From: Phyllobates terribilis
Lineage: Eukaryota
Assembly (NCBI RefSeq): GCF_046119375.1
Contig: NW_027362771.1
Coordinates: 586,334,001 to 586,398,000 of the forward strand
DNA: 64,000 nucleotides
Direction: 5' to 3'
The notes under the pieces are model-generated. The model did not search any database, was not told where the DNA came from, and saw only the letters and a program-made list of their open reading frames with translations. Position 1 is the stretch's first letter; each line of letters begins with the position of its first letter. Shown here piece by piece: positions 31,279 to 44,200 of this stretch. The position numbers were made by a program, and so were the translations under genes.

Positions 31279-31600
31279 CTTGTGACTGCGCACTGCATTC
31301 TGGGAGGGCAGGGAGCGCTACTCAGGGACGTGCCCAAAGTAACCAATCACATCTCAGCTCTCATTGCAGCAAGGCACATTGAAAAATGAAAGGCGTTACC
31401 CGATTGGTTGCCGTTTTTATCAGCTTCCCCAGCTACACTGTAATCTATTCCTAGTTTATGGGACTTGTAGTCCTCAAGACTCTGCTTTTCTAATCCTCCC
31501 AGTTTCTCATGTAGAAATAATGCTCAGTGCACATATACTCTTAATTATGTTTTATTGATAGGGCTATACAGTGATAGTCTTGTCCACCAATCGCAAATTA
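31270..31600. promoter_or_regulatory. Putative bidirectional promoter of ALKBH7 and the SSX2IP-like gene
   Basis: YY1-type GCCGCCATCTT over the ALKBH7 ATG. CCAAT boxes near 31342, 31403 (reverse) and 31588. ZNF143/THAP11-type ACTACAAGTCCCA on the minus strand at 31459-31471. Confidence 0.6.
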
Positions 31601-31719
31601 TTAGTGTAAATAAACAAAAACCCATCACCCAAACATCAATCTGTAATAATATGAAATATAACATGACCCTGGTGCTCCCACAACATGGTAAAGGTATTTA
31701 TATCTGGTAAAAATAACAT

Positions 31720-33088
31720 CCGCAGTGCCCCCATAATAACAGCGACATCCACAGAGTCCCCATAATAACAGCGACATCCACAGTGCCCCCATAATAACAG
31801 TGATATCCACAGTGCTCCTATAATAACAGTGACATCCACAGTGCCCCCATAATAACAGTGATATCCACAGTGCTCCCATAATAACAGTGATATCCACAGT
31901 GCTCCCATAATAACAGTGATATCCACAGTGCCCCCATAATAACAGTGATATCCACAGTGCTCCCATAATAACAGGGATATCCACAGTGCTCCCATAACAG
32001 TGATATCCACAGTGCTCCCATAACAGTGATATCCACAGTGCTCCCATAATAACAGTGACATCCACAGTGCTCCCATAATAACAGTGACATCCACAGTGCC
32101 CCCATAATAACAGTGATATCCACAGTGCTCCCATAATAACAGTGATATCCACAGTGCTCCCATAATAACAGTGACATCCACAGTGCTCCCATAATAACAG
32201 TGACATCCACAGTGCCCCATAATAACAGTGACATCCACAGTGCCCCATAATAACAGTGATATCCACAGTGCCCCATAATAACAGTGATATCCACAGTGCC
32301 CCTATAATAACAGCGATATACACAGTGCTCCCATAATAACAGTGATATCCACAGTGCTCCCATAATAACAGTGATATCCACAGTGCCCCTATAATAACAG
32401 CGATATACACAATGCCCCCATAATAACAGCGACATCCACAGTGCTCCCATAATAACAGCGACATCCACAGTGCCCCCATAATAACAGCGACATCCACAGT
32501 GCCCCCATAATAACAGCGATATCCACAGTGCTCCCATAATAACAGCGACATCCACAGTGCTCCCATAATAACAGCGACATCCACAGTGTCCCCATAATAA
32601 CAGTGATATCCACAGTGCCCCTATAATAACAGCGATATACACAATGCCCCCATAATAACAGTGACATCTACAGTGCTCCCATAATAACAGTGACATCCAC
32701 AGTGCCCCCATAATAACAGCGACATCCACAGTGCTCCCATAACAGTGACATCCACAGTGCCCCCATAATAACAGCGACATCCACAGTGCCCCCATAATAA
32801 CAGCGACATCCACAGTGCCCCCATAATAACAGCGACATCCACAGTGCCCCCATAATAACAGCGACATCCACAGTGCCCCCATAATAACAATGATATCCAC
32901 AGTGCCCCCATAATAACAGCGACATCCACAGTGCCCCCATAATAACAGCGACATCCACAGTGCCCCCATAATAACAGCGACATCCACAGTGCCCCCATAA
33001 TAACAGTGACATTCACAGTGCCCCCATAATAACAGCGACATCCACAGTGCCCCCATAATAAAAGTGACATCCACAGTGCCCCCATAAC
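31720..33088. repeat. 29-bp minisatellite (ataataacagtgacatccacagtgccccc), about 47 copies
   Basis: Period 29 (cataata at 32764 and 32793). Confidence 0.97.
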
Positions 33089-34019
33089 AGCTGAGTACAT
33101 CACTTGACCATGTTCATGAGTTCCACAGGCAAAAAAAAAAAAAGTGTGATTGCGTCATGTGAACGTCCCTTAATACTGTGTCCACACGTTGCGGCTGCTT
33201 TTTTTTGTCGGATCAAATAAAAAAATATTTTTTGAAATTGCCGTGACTCCACCATGATTCCACCATGATTATGCTAATAACTTACCCCACACCATGGCCG
33301 CACCTTGCTAACGCAGCCTCAGGGCACAGCCACACAGGACTTGCAGCACATCTCACCTCAGCAGGGCAGCTGATCCCCATGGGGCAATTAGAGGGAGTTG
33401 TTAAATATCACCACAGACATTGGAGCCATTTTTCTGTAGTGTTGTGTAGACAGATCTGATCCTTCACAGTAGCTGAGCCTTGTCCCAAGAGCTCACAATC
33501 AACAGACACTGGTAAGGGAAGCTGTATCTAATGGGCAAACTCACTAGGGGGGGGCACATATCAGTGTTACACCATTTTGATTAATAGTTCAGGTCACCAG
33601 CCATGACCCTTTACTAAGTCCGTGTCAAATCTGTCAGTATTGCCCCCCATACTATTCTTCTGTTTGTCTTATTTCTCCTGGTAATAATGGTCCTCAGAGC
33701 TTATAGTCCTATCCGTCTTTCTTCGCCACCTTCTTGTTTTTCCAAAACATGGCAAAAACCTCAATGACCCCAAAGTGTGAATACTCCCCGAGATGCTACA
33801 GAGCACGCGATGGCCTCATTGACTGCTATGGAAATGACTTCTGTTGGCTTTGGTTGTCATTTGTTTTAGTGCATTTGTATATGGAAATATTGTAGCTGGA
33901 TGAAGTTTACTGTGTAGAGTCCGCAGACAATAATTACTAATGTGCTGGCTGCCGAATATAACCGTCCTGTGTATGTGGCCTAGGTGCCAGGGAAACACCA
34001 GCAAGCCTTGTAATAAATG

Positions 34020-34650
34020 GTTACAGGGTAATAAGAGGTTGAGGAGCCGGGTCACTGTAATGAGGCTACAGGGGTAATAAGAGGCTCAGGAGCCGGGTTA
34101 CTGTAATAAGAGGTTACAGGGGTAATAAGAGGATCAGGAGCTGGGTTACTGTAATAAGAGGATCAGGAGCCGGGTTACTGTAATAAGAGGTTACAGGGGT
34201 AATAAGAGGATCAGGAGCTGGGTTACTGTAATAAGAGGTTACAGGGGTAATAAGAGGATCAGGAGCCGGGTTACTGTAATAAGAGGTTACAGGGGTAATA
34301 AGAGGATCAGGAGCCGGGTTACTGTAATAAGAGGTTACAGGTTAATGAGGATCAGGAGCCGGGTTACTGTAATAAGAGGGTACAGGGGTAATAAGAGGAT
34401 CAGGAGCCGGGTTACTGTAATGAGAGGTTACAGGGTAATGAGGATCAGGAGCCGGGTTAATGTAATAAGGTTACAGGGGTAATAAGAGGATCAGGAGCCG
34501 GGTTACTGTAGTAAGAGGTTACAGGGGTAATAAGAGGATCAGGAGCCGGGTTACTGTAATAAGAGGTTACAGGGTAATAAGAGGATCAGGAGCCGGGTTA
34601 CTGTAATAAGAGGTTACAGGGTAATGAGGATTAGGAGCCGGGTTAATGTT
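34020..34650. repeat. About 48-bp minisatellite (gaggatcaggagccgggttactgtaataagaggttacaggggtaataa), about 13 copies
   Basis: Direct reading. Confidence 0.93.
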
Positions 34651-34781
34651 GGAAATTGTCAGGTTTTGGGATACTAGGAGACATTTTATGTATTTAGGTT
34701 AACAATAAACCTGATGTCCATTTGTTGTTTGTTCCCTTTCTGGGTGATGAATTTTTGCCCCTACAACAAGTATTAGGAGCC

Positions 34782-37700
34782 ATGCATCGCTCATCAGGGA
34801 TGTCAGAGAAAAATGTCCGTGAAGTTCTGTCAGAGAATACGGAGCTGAAGAAATTCCATGAGCAGATGAGGATAGAGGTGCGGGCCATCCTCTGCAGACA
34901 TGAAGGCGTCCTCGGCAGGGTGACCACAGATGTACGTCACACCACGGCCTCTTATTCCACCATGATGTCCACCTGTAAGTTTATTTTTACCTATTTGTCT
35001 TTCAGGATTCGACAACCGTAAACAAGCGTATGGGGGGAGGACGTACAAGGCCCACTCGTGTTGGGGAAGTTGGGTTAACGGTAAACCTAAAGAAACAGTG
35101 GAACAGCCTCAAGCAACTGGTGGAGATACTGGAAGCTCGAGGTGAGGAGAATAAACTAATTCTACCCATTCTGTGTAGAAGTGATGGCACAAGCTTGTAC
35201 TGTGGGGCTTGGTAGTAATGTGTTCTTGGCTTGGCATAGCCACCAGTTTGATATTTTCGTCGAGGCTTCACCTTATTTTTATTTTTTTTTTACCTTCTCT
35301 GTAGCGACGCAGTCCAATGTGATTAGCGTGACTGACCATGAGAAGGAACTGACCCAACTCAAGAAGGAGGTAGAGGAGCTTAAAGAAGAGCTAGGACAGA
35401 GCCGGGAGCTGATCAGTCAACAGCAGCAGCTATTACAGGTATTACAGGATGTGAAGGGTGTAGGTTAATGTCGAATTGGCAAATGCTATAGGTTGTGGGA
35501 AGATGGAAGTGTGTATATGCCATTGAGATGGAGGGGGGATACTTTTTTTTTTTATGGGAACAAGGGGTATGGAAGCTTGGTTGATGGTGGAAAAGCAGAG
35601 AAAATGGTGGCAATGGTTGGTAGGAAGGAGGAGCCAATGGTGGCAATGGTTGACTGTGGGAAATTTGATCCAATGGCAGCAGTGGATAATGGTGGAAAAA
35701 CGGAGCCAATGGTGGCAATTGTTGATGGTGGGAAAGTGAAGCCACTGGCTGCAATGGTTGATGGTGGGTAAGTGGAGCCAATGGCGGCAATGGTTGACAG
35801 TGGAAAAACTGAGCCAGTAGCGGTAATGGTTGACGTTCAGAAAGCAGAGCAAGTGGTGGCAATGGTTGATGGTGGTAAAGCAGAGTCAATGGCGGCAGTG
35901 GTTGAAGGTGGGAAAGCGGAGCCAGTTATGGCAATGGTTGACAGTAGGAAAGCTGAGACAATGGTGGCAATGGTTGACGGTGGGAAAGTGGATCCAATTT
36001 CATCAATGGTTGAAAGTGGAGCCAATGGTGGCAATAGGCAGACTTCTGGACCTCCTGAGCTTAGGTTGTAGGACATCAAAATACTTGTTCCAATCTTTTT
36101 CCAGGGCATAAATGCATATGGTGCCAGCCAAGAGGGAGCAATAATCAGTAAAGAAACCATTGTTAGAATATATTTGGTAATTCTGGATGAAGGTTGTCTT
36201 ATCAATGTCTTGCCCAGGACCAGCTGATGCCACTGCCCGGTGAGGGTCAGCAATCTCCTCTCTGGGATGCGTACTTCTTAGAAGAACAGCTGAGATTACA
36301 ACAAGACCGTATGGCCTTTGAGGAGCAGAAGCTGGCCTTTCAGGATGAGCGGGATAAGTTCACGGAGGCGGCTATCCGTCTGGGGAGAGAGGTAACCTCA
36401 GAGTCATTGCTCTTGTAACCTCATTATGATAATGGGACTGAACTTGAGCTCCAAATGTTAGATGCATGTTGTCAGACTAAATTAATCTTCTGGTAAAGCA
36501 GAAGTCAATGGCCCCATAGTTAGGATAAAACCCAGTGTGAGGAAGATCTTCCCCTATCACTGCCATATCCCTCAATTTTTGAGAACTACAGAACATATCC
36601 ATCTTGGGATCTTTCTACTTCTCGGCCAGGCTTTACGTTAACCAGTGAGTAATGTTTTACGCAGCGTCTCCAGTTTAAGGCCGATCAGGCTCTTTTCATG
36701 AAGCAGCAGTTTTTGACCATGACTCCTGGTCTGGGGACGCCTCCGTGGAAGAAGACTCCTCCGTGGTCAACACTTAGTAAGTACGCTTAGTTTCTGAGGC
36801 TGTGTGTAGAGCATGGCAGGTATTTAGGATCAAGTACTTGACACATTGGATTGTAACCTTTGTTTTCCAAGTGCCGCCTGAGACCTCCGCATCTATATAT
36901 TCCAGAATCCATCAATATCAACATGGAATTTTCAACATTATTCTCACCATACACATTAGATAAACATTGGCCAAACCCACCAATTTTGGCAGAAGTGGTC
37001 AACTATGTATTGTGTATAGGGATGTCCTGACAACCATGTGATGGGTTAAAAGAAGGATTGGGTATATTGAATGTCTACATGCCCAATCATTTGTCCTTTA
37101 GACCCCAATAGTGTCTTGCAGCAGATTTTTACCTTCTCACTAGATACAAGCCCAGTGTGTAGGGAGTGTGGAGAAATGGCTGCCAGCTAAATGACCATTC
37201 GGCTGATGTCTGTGGGATGAGGGGGGGTATGACCACCTTTACTGATCAGTATTACAGATTTTTCTCTGTTGTGGGTCTGTTGGCTGGCCTAAATTGGGTT
37301 TTAAAGCATTAATAGTGTATACTCTCTATTCACAGCAGCGGACACCCCGAAAAAACCCTCCAGTAATCCCAAACAGCAGGCCACAGCCGTCCAGTCCTGC
37401 GGCACTAAACCTCGCAGACTGCTCCCTTCTGCAGATCCTGCGACTCCGAGCACGGCGGAGCTGTACAGGGTCCTGAGACTGGAGCCTCCCAGCAGGTGAT
37501 GAGATCACACATTATTTACACAGGCATTATTAACTCATTGCAATATTACGTCTACAGGAAAAGACCAGACTCGAAAATGGTCTTCTACCATATTGTGCAC
37601 AGATTTCCTGCGCTCACCTGTGTGCATCAAAGGTTACAGATTAGAAATAAATCACACGTTGCCTCACCTGTTAGCAATACACACCTAATCCTTCTCCCCA

Positions 37701-40168
37701 CTGAGCAGTTGCTGCATTATTTCCAGTCTACACAATCCTATATAAGACTGCTCTGTAGCGCCCCCCTCAGGACAAGAGGGAGATTTGCACTTCTGCAACT
37801 GTTGTAGCTCATAAGGATCAACTTTTGCAAAGTCATTTTTATTAATACATGCATATATCTGCGTAATGTTTTTCCAGATCCATAAAGTCTCATAGATGTG
37901 AGAGCAGCAGTAACCAAGACACAGAGTCAGAGGAGAGTACCCAGAGATGGAGTGACAGCCTGTCACCAAGTAATGAGTGTAAGAGACTTAAATTCTATTT
38001 TTTTTTTTACTATATACGCTATAATACTGCTCCCTATGTACAAGAATATAACTACTATAATACTGCCCCCTATGTACAAGAATATAACTACTATAATACT
38101 GCCCCTATGTACAAGAATATAACTACTATAATACTGCCCCTATGTACAAGAATATAACTACTATAATACTGCTCCCTATGTACAAGAATATAACTACTAT
38201 AATACTGCCCCCTATGTATAAGAATATAACTACTATAATACTGCTCCTATGTACAAGAATATAACTACTATAATACTGCCCCCTATGTACAAGAATAGAA
38301 GTACTATAATACTGTCCCCTATGTACAATAAAATAACTACTATATTTCTCCCATGTACAAGAATATAACTACTATAATACTGCCCCAACATACAAGAATA
38401 TAACTACTATAATACTGCCCCCTATGTACAAGAATATAACTACTATAATACTGCTCCAATGTACAAGAATATAACTACTATAATACTGCCCCCTATGTAC
38501 AAGAATATAACTACTATAATTCTGCTCCTATGTACAAGAATATATCTACTATAATACTGCTCCCTATGTACAAGAATATATCTACTATAATACTGCTCCT
38601 ATGTACAAGAATATAACTACTATAATACTGCTCCTATGTGCAAGAATATAACTACTAGAATACTGCTCCTATGTACAAGAATATAACTACTATAATACTG
38701 CTCCTATGTACAAGAATATAACTACTATAATACTGCCCCTATGTACAAGAATATATCTACTATAATAATACTGCCCCTATGTACAAGAATATAACTACTA
38801 TAATACCACGGTTTATAACACTAGACTTGTTTGGATTTTTTTTCTTGCTCATAAATCTTACTTTGATTTTATGTCCTCTCCTTCTAGCTCCTGAGCTACA
38901 CCCTCTTCCTCAGTACCTGATTCCCTTTAAGCTGAGCATGACCCCTTATCTTCGCCCCAGGCCCACCCCAGTAAGCTTGCCTCGCAGCCACGCTGAGCCT
39001 CGCACGCCTCCTACTGCAGAGCTCTTTAGAGCCTTGCATCTTACTCCGGCTGAAAGGTGAGGGGTAAAAAAAAAGAAACTGTAGGAAATGTTGGGGTTGT
39101 GTGCACCTCTGGGTGGCAGGGTAAAATTGCAGAATAATGGGTTAACTATTTATTTTGGGAAGGAGGTTTAGTTTTTTAGTTTTTGCACTGACTGCTCTCT
39201 TCTGGGCTTGTAGCATACCTTCAGCAAAGAGGGGGCGTGGAGATGAATTAAGAAGATCTATCCTCAATCATTCCCATCGCAGAGCCAGCATCTCCAAGGG
39301 TGCAGAGTCCCCTTGTTGTAATGATGATGTCAGGAGAAGCGAGGAAGCCCCTCACTGTCCCTATGAGTTGTCCAGAGCGGATTGTGAGTTGGATTCTCTG
39401 TCTTCTGAAGATAGCAGACACATGCACGGAGAAGCGGATACTCCCAATAGTGATGTGCTGTCCTCAACGAAGGAGAACTCTGAATGTTTTGACAATGACT
39501 CTCTGTACAGAGTGACTCCTCTTCATGACACCACCTATATCCACCATGGAGAGAACGTGCCTTATCTTAGGGATGATGACCACTGCTGCCACCAAGATGC
39601 AGACCAAAGCTTGTGGCCATGTCAAGAGCTGGAGAAGAAGTTTTCCAGTAGGGTGTATTCGAATACCATTAATAAAAAGCCAAAAGTGACCCTCCAGGCT
39701 GATGACTGTGGAAATCGTGAGACCCTTCATGCTCAGGATGCTTGCAGAAGCAGGTCACAAGAGAGACCACCCTCTAAAGACCAATGTAGAACTAGGTCCA
39801 AGGAAGACGTTCACCGTAGAAGTCTCCCTTGCCACCAGCCCAAAGTAGTTCTCCATTTCGAAGATGATGGTACCATGGAAAGAAACCAGGCACCTCCTCA
39901 CAGCACATCCAAGAGGAGAAGATCCTTGGACTCTCTTCACCACAAACATGGCTGCAAAGCCCAGTCGAAAGAGAGCCAGTCTCTCCATAAAAGATCATCT
40001 CGTCCCCACAGAGACTCCTTGTACACCTCTGGTCCGGGACGTTCACCCCTCCATTTACTTCACTCGTGCCCATCTGCCCGAAATGCTACACCGCGCACTA
40101 CCAAATATGTGGTGTCATCAGATCTTTATGCTGACCTGCTCACCCAGTTTTTGGATTGCTCTTTCTAA
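34782..40168 (+). CDS. SSX2IP/ADIP (afadin- and alpha-actinin-binding protein)-like paralog, join(34782..34919,35006..35141,35305..35438,36218..36391,36665..36776,37336..37495,37878..37969,38888..39056,39214..40168), 689 aa; true start uncertain
   Basis: Nine GT-AG exons join in one frame (2070 nt). Matches to recalled SSX2IP: SENTELKK, KKQWNSLK, VISVTDHEKE...QQQQLLQ, DAYFLEE, DKFTEAAIRLGRERLQFKADQALFMKQQFL. AATAAA near 40646. Confidence 0.82.
35570..36030. repeat. Degenerate 36-bp intronic repeat (gatggtgggaaagcggagccaatggtggcaatggtt)
   Basis: About 12 imperfect units; translates as repeated MVAMVDGGKAEP. Confidence 0.85.
38020..38810. repeat. About 36-bp minisatellite (tactgccccctatgtacaagaatataactactataa), about 22 copies, intronic
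   Basis: Direct reading. Confidence 0.95.
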
Positions 40169-41391
40169 AGAATCTGAACTTGGGTAATTGGGAGAGACTT
40201 GATTACCTTTTTTTTTTTTTTTTTTTTTTTAGAGGACAAGACCCTCTAAATTATTGAGCCCCTTTATTTATAAAGGCTTGTCACCATTTTTTGGTGGTTC
40301 CTGGGTAATCACTTTGGATTAAGACTCCCTAGTTTGAAAGCACTTAAATGGGTTCCCCAACCTGCGTCTGTGAGATCTTAGTTGTCACCCGTTTTACCCC
40401 CAAAAATGCTCTTATTGGTCTCTTGTACCCCCACTGAAAGTTTTGTGAATGGCTATTTATCTTTGGGTGGAGAAACCCACTGGCTCTTGATCGCCTACCA
40501 CAATTTTTAGGGCAGGACTAAGGGGTTGCACGTCAGACTTTTTTGTAGAGCATGGAGTACCATTTTTGCACGCTTTGGCGCACAATTGGGTTTGCGTTTA
40601 CTTAAATTACTGATGTTTGTTTTTTTTTTATAATGTATGTTTCAATAAATTAAAACTGGCTGCCATAGTGTGCATCACTGTATCTTTGGGCACTACTATG
40701 GAGCAGGAATTGGTGATGTGGCCCCTTTAGTGTGTACGGGGAGGACATGATGAAGGTCATCCCTACATGCGTGATCATATACCAGGTCTAATACCAGTGA
40801 TCTATGGTGATGAGACGGCAGATGACGGATGGGCTGGCGGCCCTGTGCTCACATACCTGCGTTCATTCATTTACTGGACCTCATTCAGTAGTTACGTTCG
40901 CTGCTGGAGGAATCCCAGTTATGCACGGGTCACATTTTTGCTTTTATATCCATAATGAACAAATCCTCTAATTTTTAAGTGTCCACCCATCGCTTACTTA
41001 AAGGCATGCCATAAAGTCTCCAGATGTCAAGACTCAACCACAATAATAAAAAATATTAATATATTTGGAGAAAAAAAATTTCATGTGAAAGGTCTGATAA
41101 TAAAATGATTATAGGGTGTTTTCAAGCAATCGTCTGTAATTTGTCGGGAATTTGACAGCAAGTAATTACACAGCAGCTGTCAGACCAACAAACATGCAGA
41201 GTCAAGCCCCCCCATACACAACCCTCTGATCAGATAATGTATGTGGGGGCCTCCTGATTGCACCCCCCTGACAGTTGAGGACCTGCTCTGTTGAATTTCA
41301 CCTATTGGTCGTTTGGTCTGGAGCAGTGATCGGCTTCTGCTACGAGTCCCGCGGCGGCGGGCGCCTGACCAAGCTGCGCTATCCATTGTAT

Positions 41392-41650
41392 GGTGGCATG
41401 GTGGCGCAGTGGTTAGCACTGCAGCCTTGCAGCGCTGGGGTCCTTGGTTCAAATCCCACCAAGGACAACATCTGCAAGGAGTTTGTATGTTCTCCCTGTG
41501 TTTGTGTGGGTTTCCTCCGGTTTCCTCCCACACTCCAAAGACATACTGCTAGGGAATGTGGATTGTGAGCCCCAATGGGGACAGCCATGATAATGTATGT
41601 AAAGTGCTCCGGAATATGTTGGTGCTATATAAATAAAGATTATAATTATT
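41392..41650 (+). mobile_element. tRNA-derived SINE with an L2-like 3' tail
   Basis: A box tggcgcagtgg, B box ggttcaaatcc, core atgttctccctgtgtttgtgtgggtttcctccgg, tail gtaaagtgctccggaatatgttggtgctatataaataaagattataattatt. Confidence 0.88.
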
Positions 41651-41852
41651 GGGGAGATGGCTGTCACATCAATGATTGCTCATGTGTATGGGGGGCTTGC
41701 TGCCTTCCTTCCTAATGGGGTCCTGGACAGAAGACCACTCTATATTTAAAGGCTTGTCTGAGATTTGATAAAGATTTCTTTTTTTCCAAAAATTGCACGT
41801 GTTTTGTATTGCAATTTAATCACCTCAATGGCGCTGTAATAGCACCTGTGAC

Positions 41853-42112
41853 TAGTGATGAGCGTGTTCTGTTAACCCTTTTGGCGAGCACGAGTATTTG
41901 CGGCATGCTCGTATATTATGTTTAAATCACTCCTGTGTGCATGATTTGTGACTGTTTGACAGGCATTCCTCAAATGTATTAAAGCTGTCAAATAGTCTCA
42001 AATCATGCACATGGAGAGACTCAAACATAACATTTGAGCACACCGATGATACTCGGAAAACACCCGAGCATGCTCTTAAATCTCGAGTAACGAGCATGCT
42101 CACTCATCACTA
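41853..42112. mobile_element. 260-bp hAT-type MITE
   Basis: TIR tagtgatgag / ctcatcacta with a perfect 8-bp TSD cctgtgac (41845-41852 and 42113-42120). Confidence 0.92.
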
Positions 42113-42854
42113 CCTGTGACCCAAGGACAGATATGGTGCTGATTTGGAAGATTTTTCAAATTTAGTACAACCCTTTCATTTAAAGGTATTGTTGTTTTTT
42201 TTTCTCTTTTAATTGTCCAGTATGTTGAACCATTCTTAAGACGTTTTAAACGTCTGGGTGGCCCGACTCGAACTCTACAGTGACGTTCTAAAACATCACT
42301 GCATGGTAGCAAAGCTGCACACCATCATGTAGCTGCAGGAGAGAGGATCCGGCTATCAGTCAGCATCCCCATAGATTAGGCAGAGACTGTTTATTACCGT
42401 CTCTGCCTTCTCCATTGTAAAGAAGTGCTGTGTATGAATTAATAGGGAGAGCTGAAGCTGCGTCCTCTTCCTTACACAGCGGTCATGTGATTGCTATGTA
42501 TAAGGAGGGAGCAGGAGCTTAGCGGAGACCTAGCCAGCTCTGCAATACACTCAGAAGGTGGTATTTCCCCTGTAACTGGGGCTAATATACCCACCTCAGT
42601 TATAAGGGCAATAAGATCAAAATTAGAAATATTTATATTTTAATGCCCCTGCTAAAGGTCTTTATGGCCTTAAGGGGTTGGAGATGTGGGGTGGAGGCTG
42701 ACAATGTGTAAAATAAAATGAATAATAAATGCCATTAACAATCAAAGTTGCTGTTACTAGTCCCTCCCTCGTATCAACAAAATATAATCCACTATATGAA
42801 AGTAGTTACAAAATAGGGAACTCATTCTTAAAAGTATTTTAGTAATTTTTTTTA

Positions 42855-42957
42855 TCTAGATTGTGAGCACCAATGGGGACAGTGCCAATAATGGCTGTAA
42901 ATTATCAGAATTGTAAAGCGCAGCGGAATATGTTGGTGCTATATAAATAAATTATTA
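42855..42957 (+). mobile_element. 3' fragment of the same SINE/L2 family
   Basis: tagattgtgagcaccaatggggacag...gtaaagcgcagcggaatatgttggtgctatataaataaattatta matches the tail of 41392-41650. Confidence 0.75.
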
Positions 42958-43464
42958 TCCTTTTGGTCATAAAACAATCAAATAAAAAAAAAAAGTGGGA
43001 AAAATACCCTTCTTTCCCACACTGATACTCTATTTATTTTTGCTGATGTGCGAGGATAAGACAGTGACATAAAATGACTTAAATGTCTTAAAGAAACATT
43101 TTAGATCTTCATATGTAGGGGGGAAAAAAATGGGGCAGACCGATATGTGACCATTGCAGCAGTTACATATCTATCTACCAAGCAGGACGTACAGAGCCGG
43201 GATGTGCCAGAAATCACAGGGATCCCAGCTGACAGACCACCTCACTGACACAGCAGAACAAACATGGCCCTCCTGGATTTCTCTTTGTAAGTTTCAGCGA
43301 CTTTGCTCAGCTCGGTGCACCATCGGGCCACACAAATGGTTTTCATCACATGACTTGGGCAAGAAATTGCTGTGATTGCAGTAAAGTATCTAAGAAAAAA
43401 AAAAAACTGCATTTACATGGGACCATGTGGTGAAAATATGTAAGCGATTTTGCCGTGATTTTTA

Positions 43465-43655
43465 ATCATCCTGGTATGCATGGCACCCCCTGATCCCCAT
43501 CCTGGTATGCATGGCACCCCCTGATCCCCATCCTGGTATGCATGGCACCCTCTGATCCCCATCCTGGTATGCATGGCACCCCGATCCCCATCCTGGTATG
43601 CATGGCACCCCCTGATCCCCATCCTGGTAAGCATGGCACCCCCTGATCCCCATCA
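43465..43655. repeat. About 31-bp minisatellite (gatccccatcctggtatgcatggcaccccct), about 6 copies
   Basis: Direct reading. Confidence 0.9.
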
Positions 43656-44114
43656 CGCTGCACACACAAAAGTAAAGAATTATATTCACCTCCTCTCTCC
43701 TCCAGCATTGCGACCCGCTCTGCTGCCGACACTCACTGTGTGAGCTGTGCATGGCGTCCCTGCCATGCGCCCTTACACAATGTGAGATGCTGTGCCGGAA
43801 TAGTCACTGCTCCCCACGCCAGAACTGTGTGCGTGGGGGGCAGTGACCATTCATTCACCCTAACAGCGTGCACATTATACCCGCAGCGCGTCTCCTGCTG
43901 CGGCCGGCAGTCTGTGTGCCCACTATTAAAGACCATCACTACAGCCCATGGGCGTGGGAAGCAGTGAATATTCATTTTCTTTAGCGAAGGGCACAGCGTA
44001 GGCTGCAGCAGGCGGCTGCTGCCTCCAGTGCCCCACTGATCCCACGCTGCCACTCCCCCCACATCCCCACCACCCATAGCCATATATATTCGGACACCCA
44101 CAGCAGCCATGTTA

Positions 44115-44200
44115 TAATTGGAGTATAAGACGCACCCTCCCACTTTCCTCCAAAATTTTGGGGAAAAAAAGTGCGTCTTATAGTCTGAAAAATACGGTAT
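44115..44200. mobile_element. One terminus of a Tc1/pogo-group non-autonomous element
   Basis: Internal inverted pair tataagacgcac...gtgcgtcttata ending gtctgaaaaatacggTA. The partner end was not located. Confidence 0.5.

Noticed and set aside
31720-33088. Common origin of the 29-bp and 31-bp repeats
   Set aside because: Only short words (ataat, cccca, acagt) are shared, with no convincing collinear alignment and no hAT ends around the 29-bp array.
31625-33103. Hydrophobic Cys/Tyr-rich ORFs
   Set aside because: Translations of the 29-bp minisatellite in all frames.
34722-34974. Longer first exon ending at the strong donor at 34975
   Set aside because: It would leave an intron of about 31 nt and the wrong phase; the donor at 34920 gives an 86-nt intron and matching phase.
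37336-39056. Strictly mutually exclusive exons in the SSX2IP-like gene
   Set aside because: Direct joining gives a stop, but the intervening 92-nt exon 37878-37969 restores frame, so both can be included.
41392-41465. tRNA gene
   Set aside because: A and B boxes are present, but there is no clear cloverleaf and the sequence continues into a SINE core and LINE-like tail.
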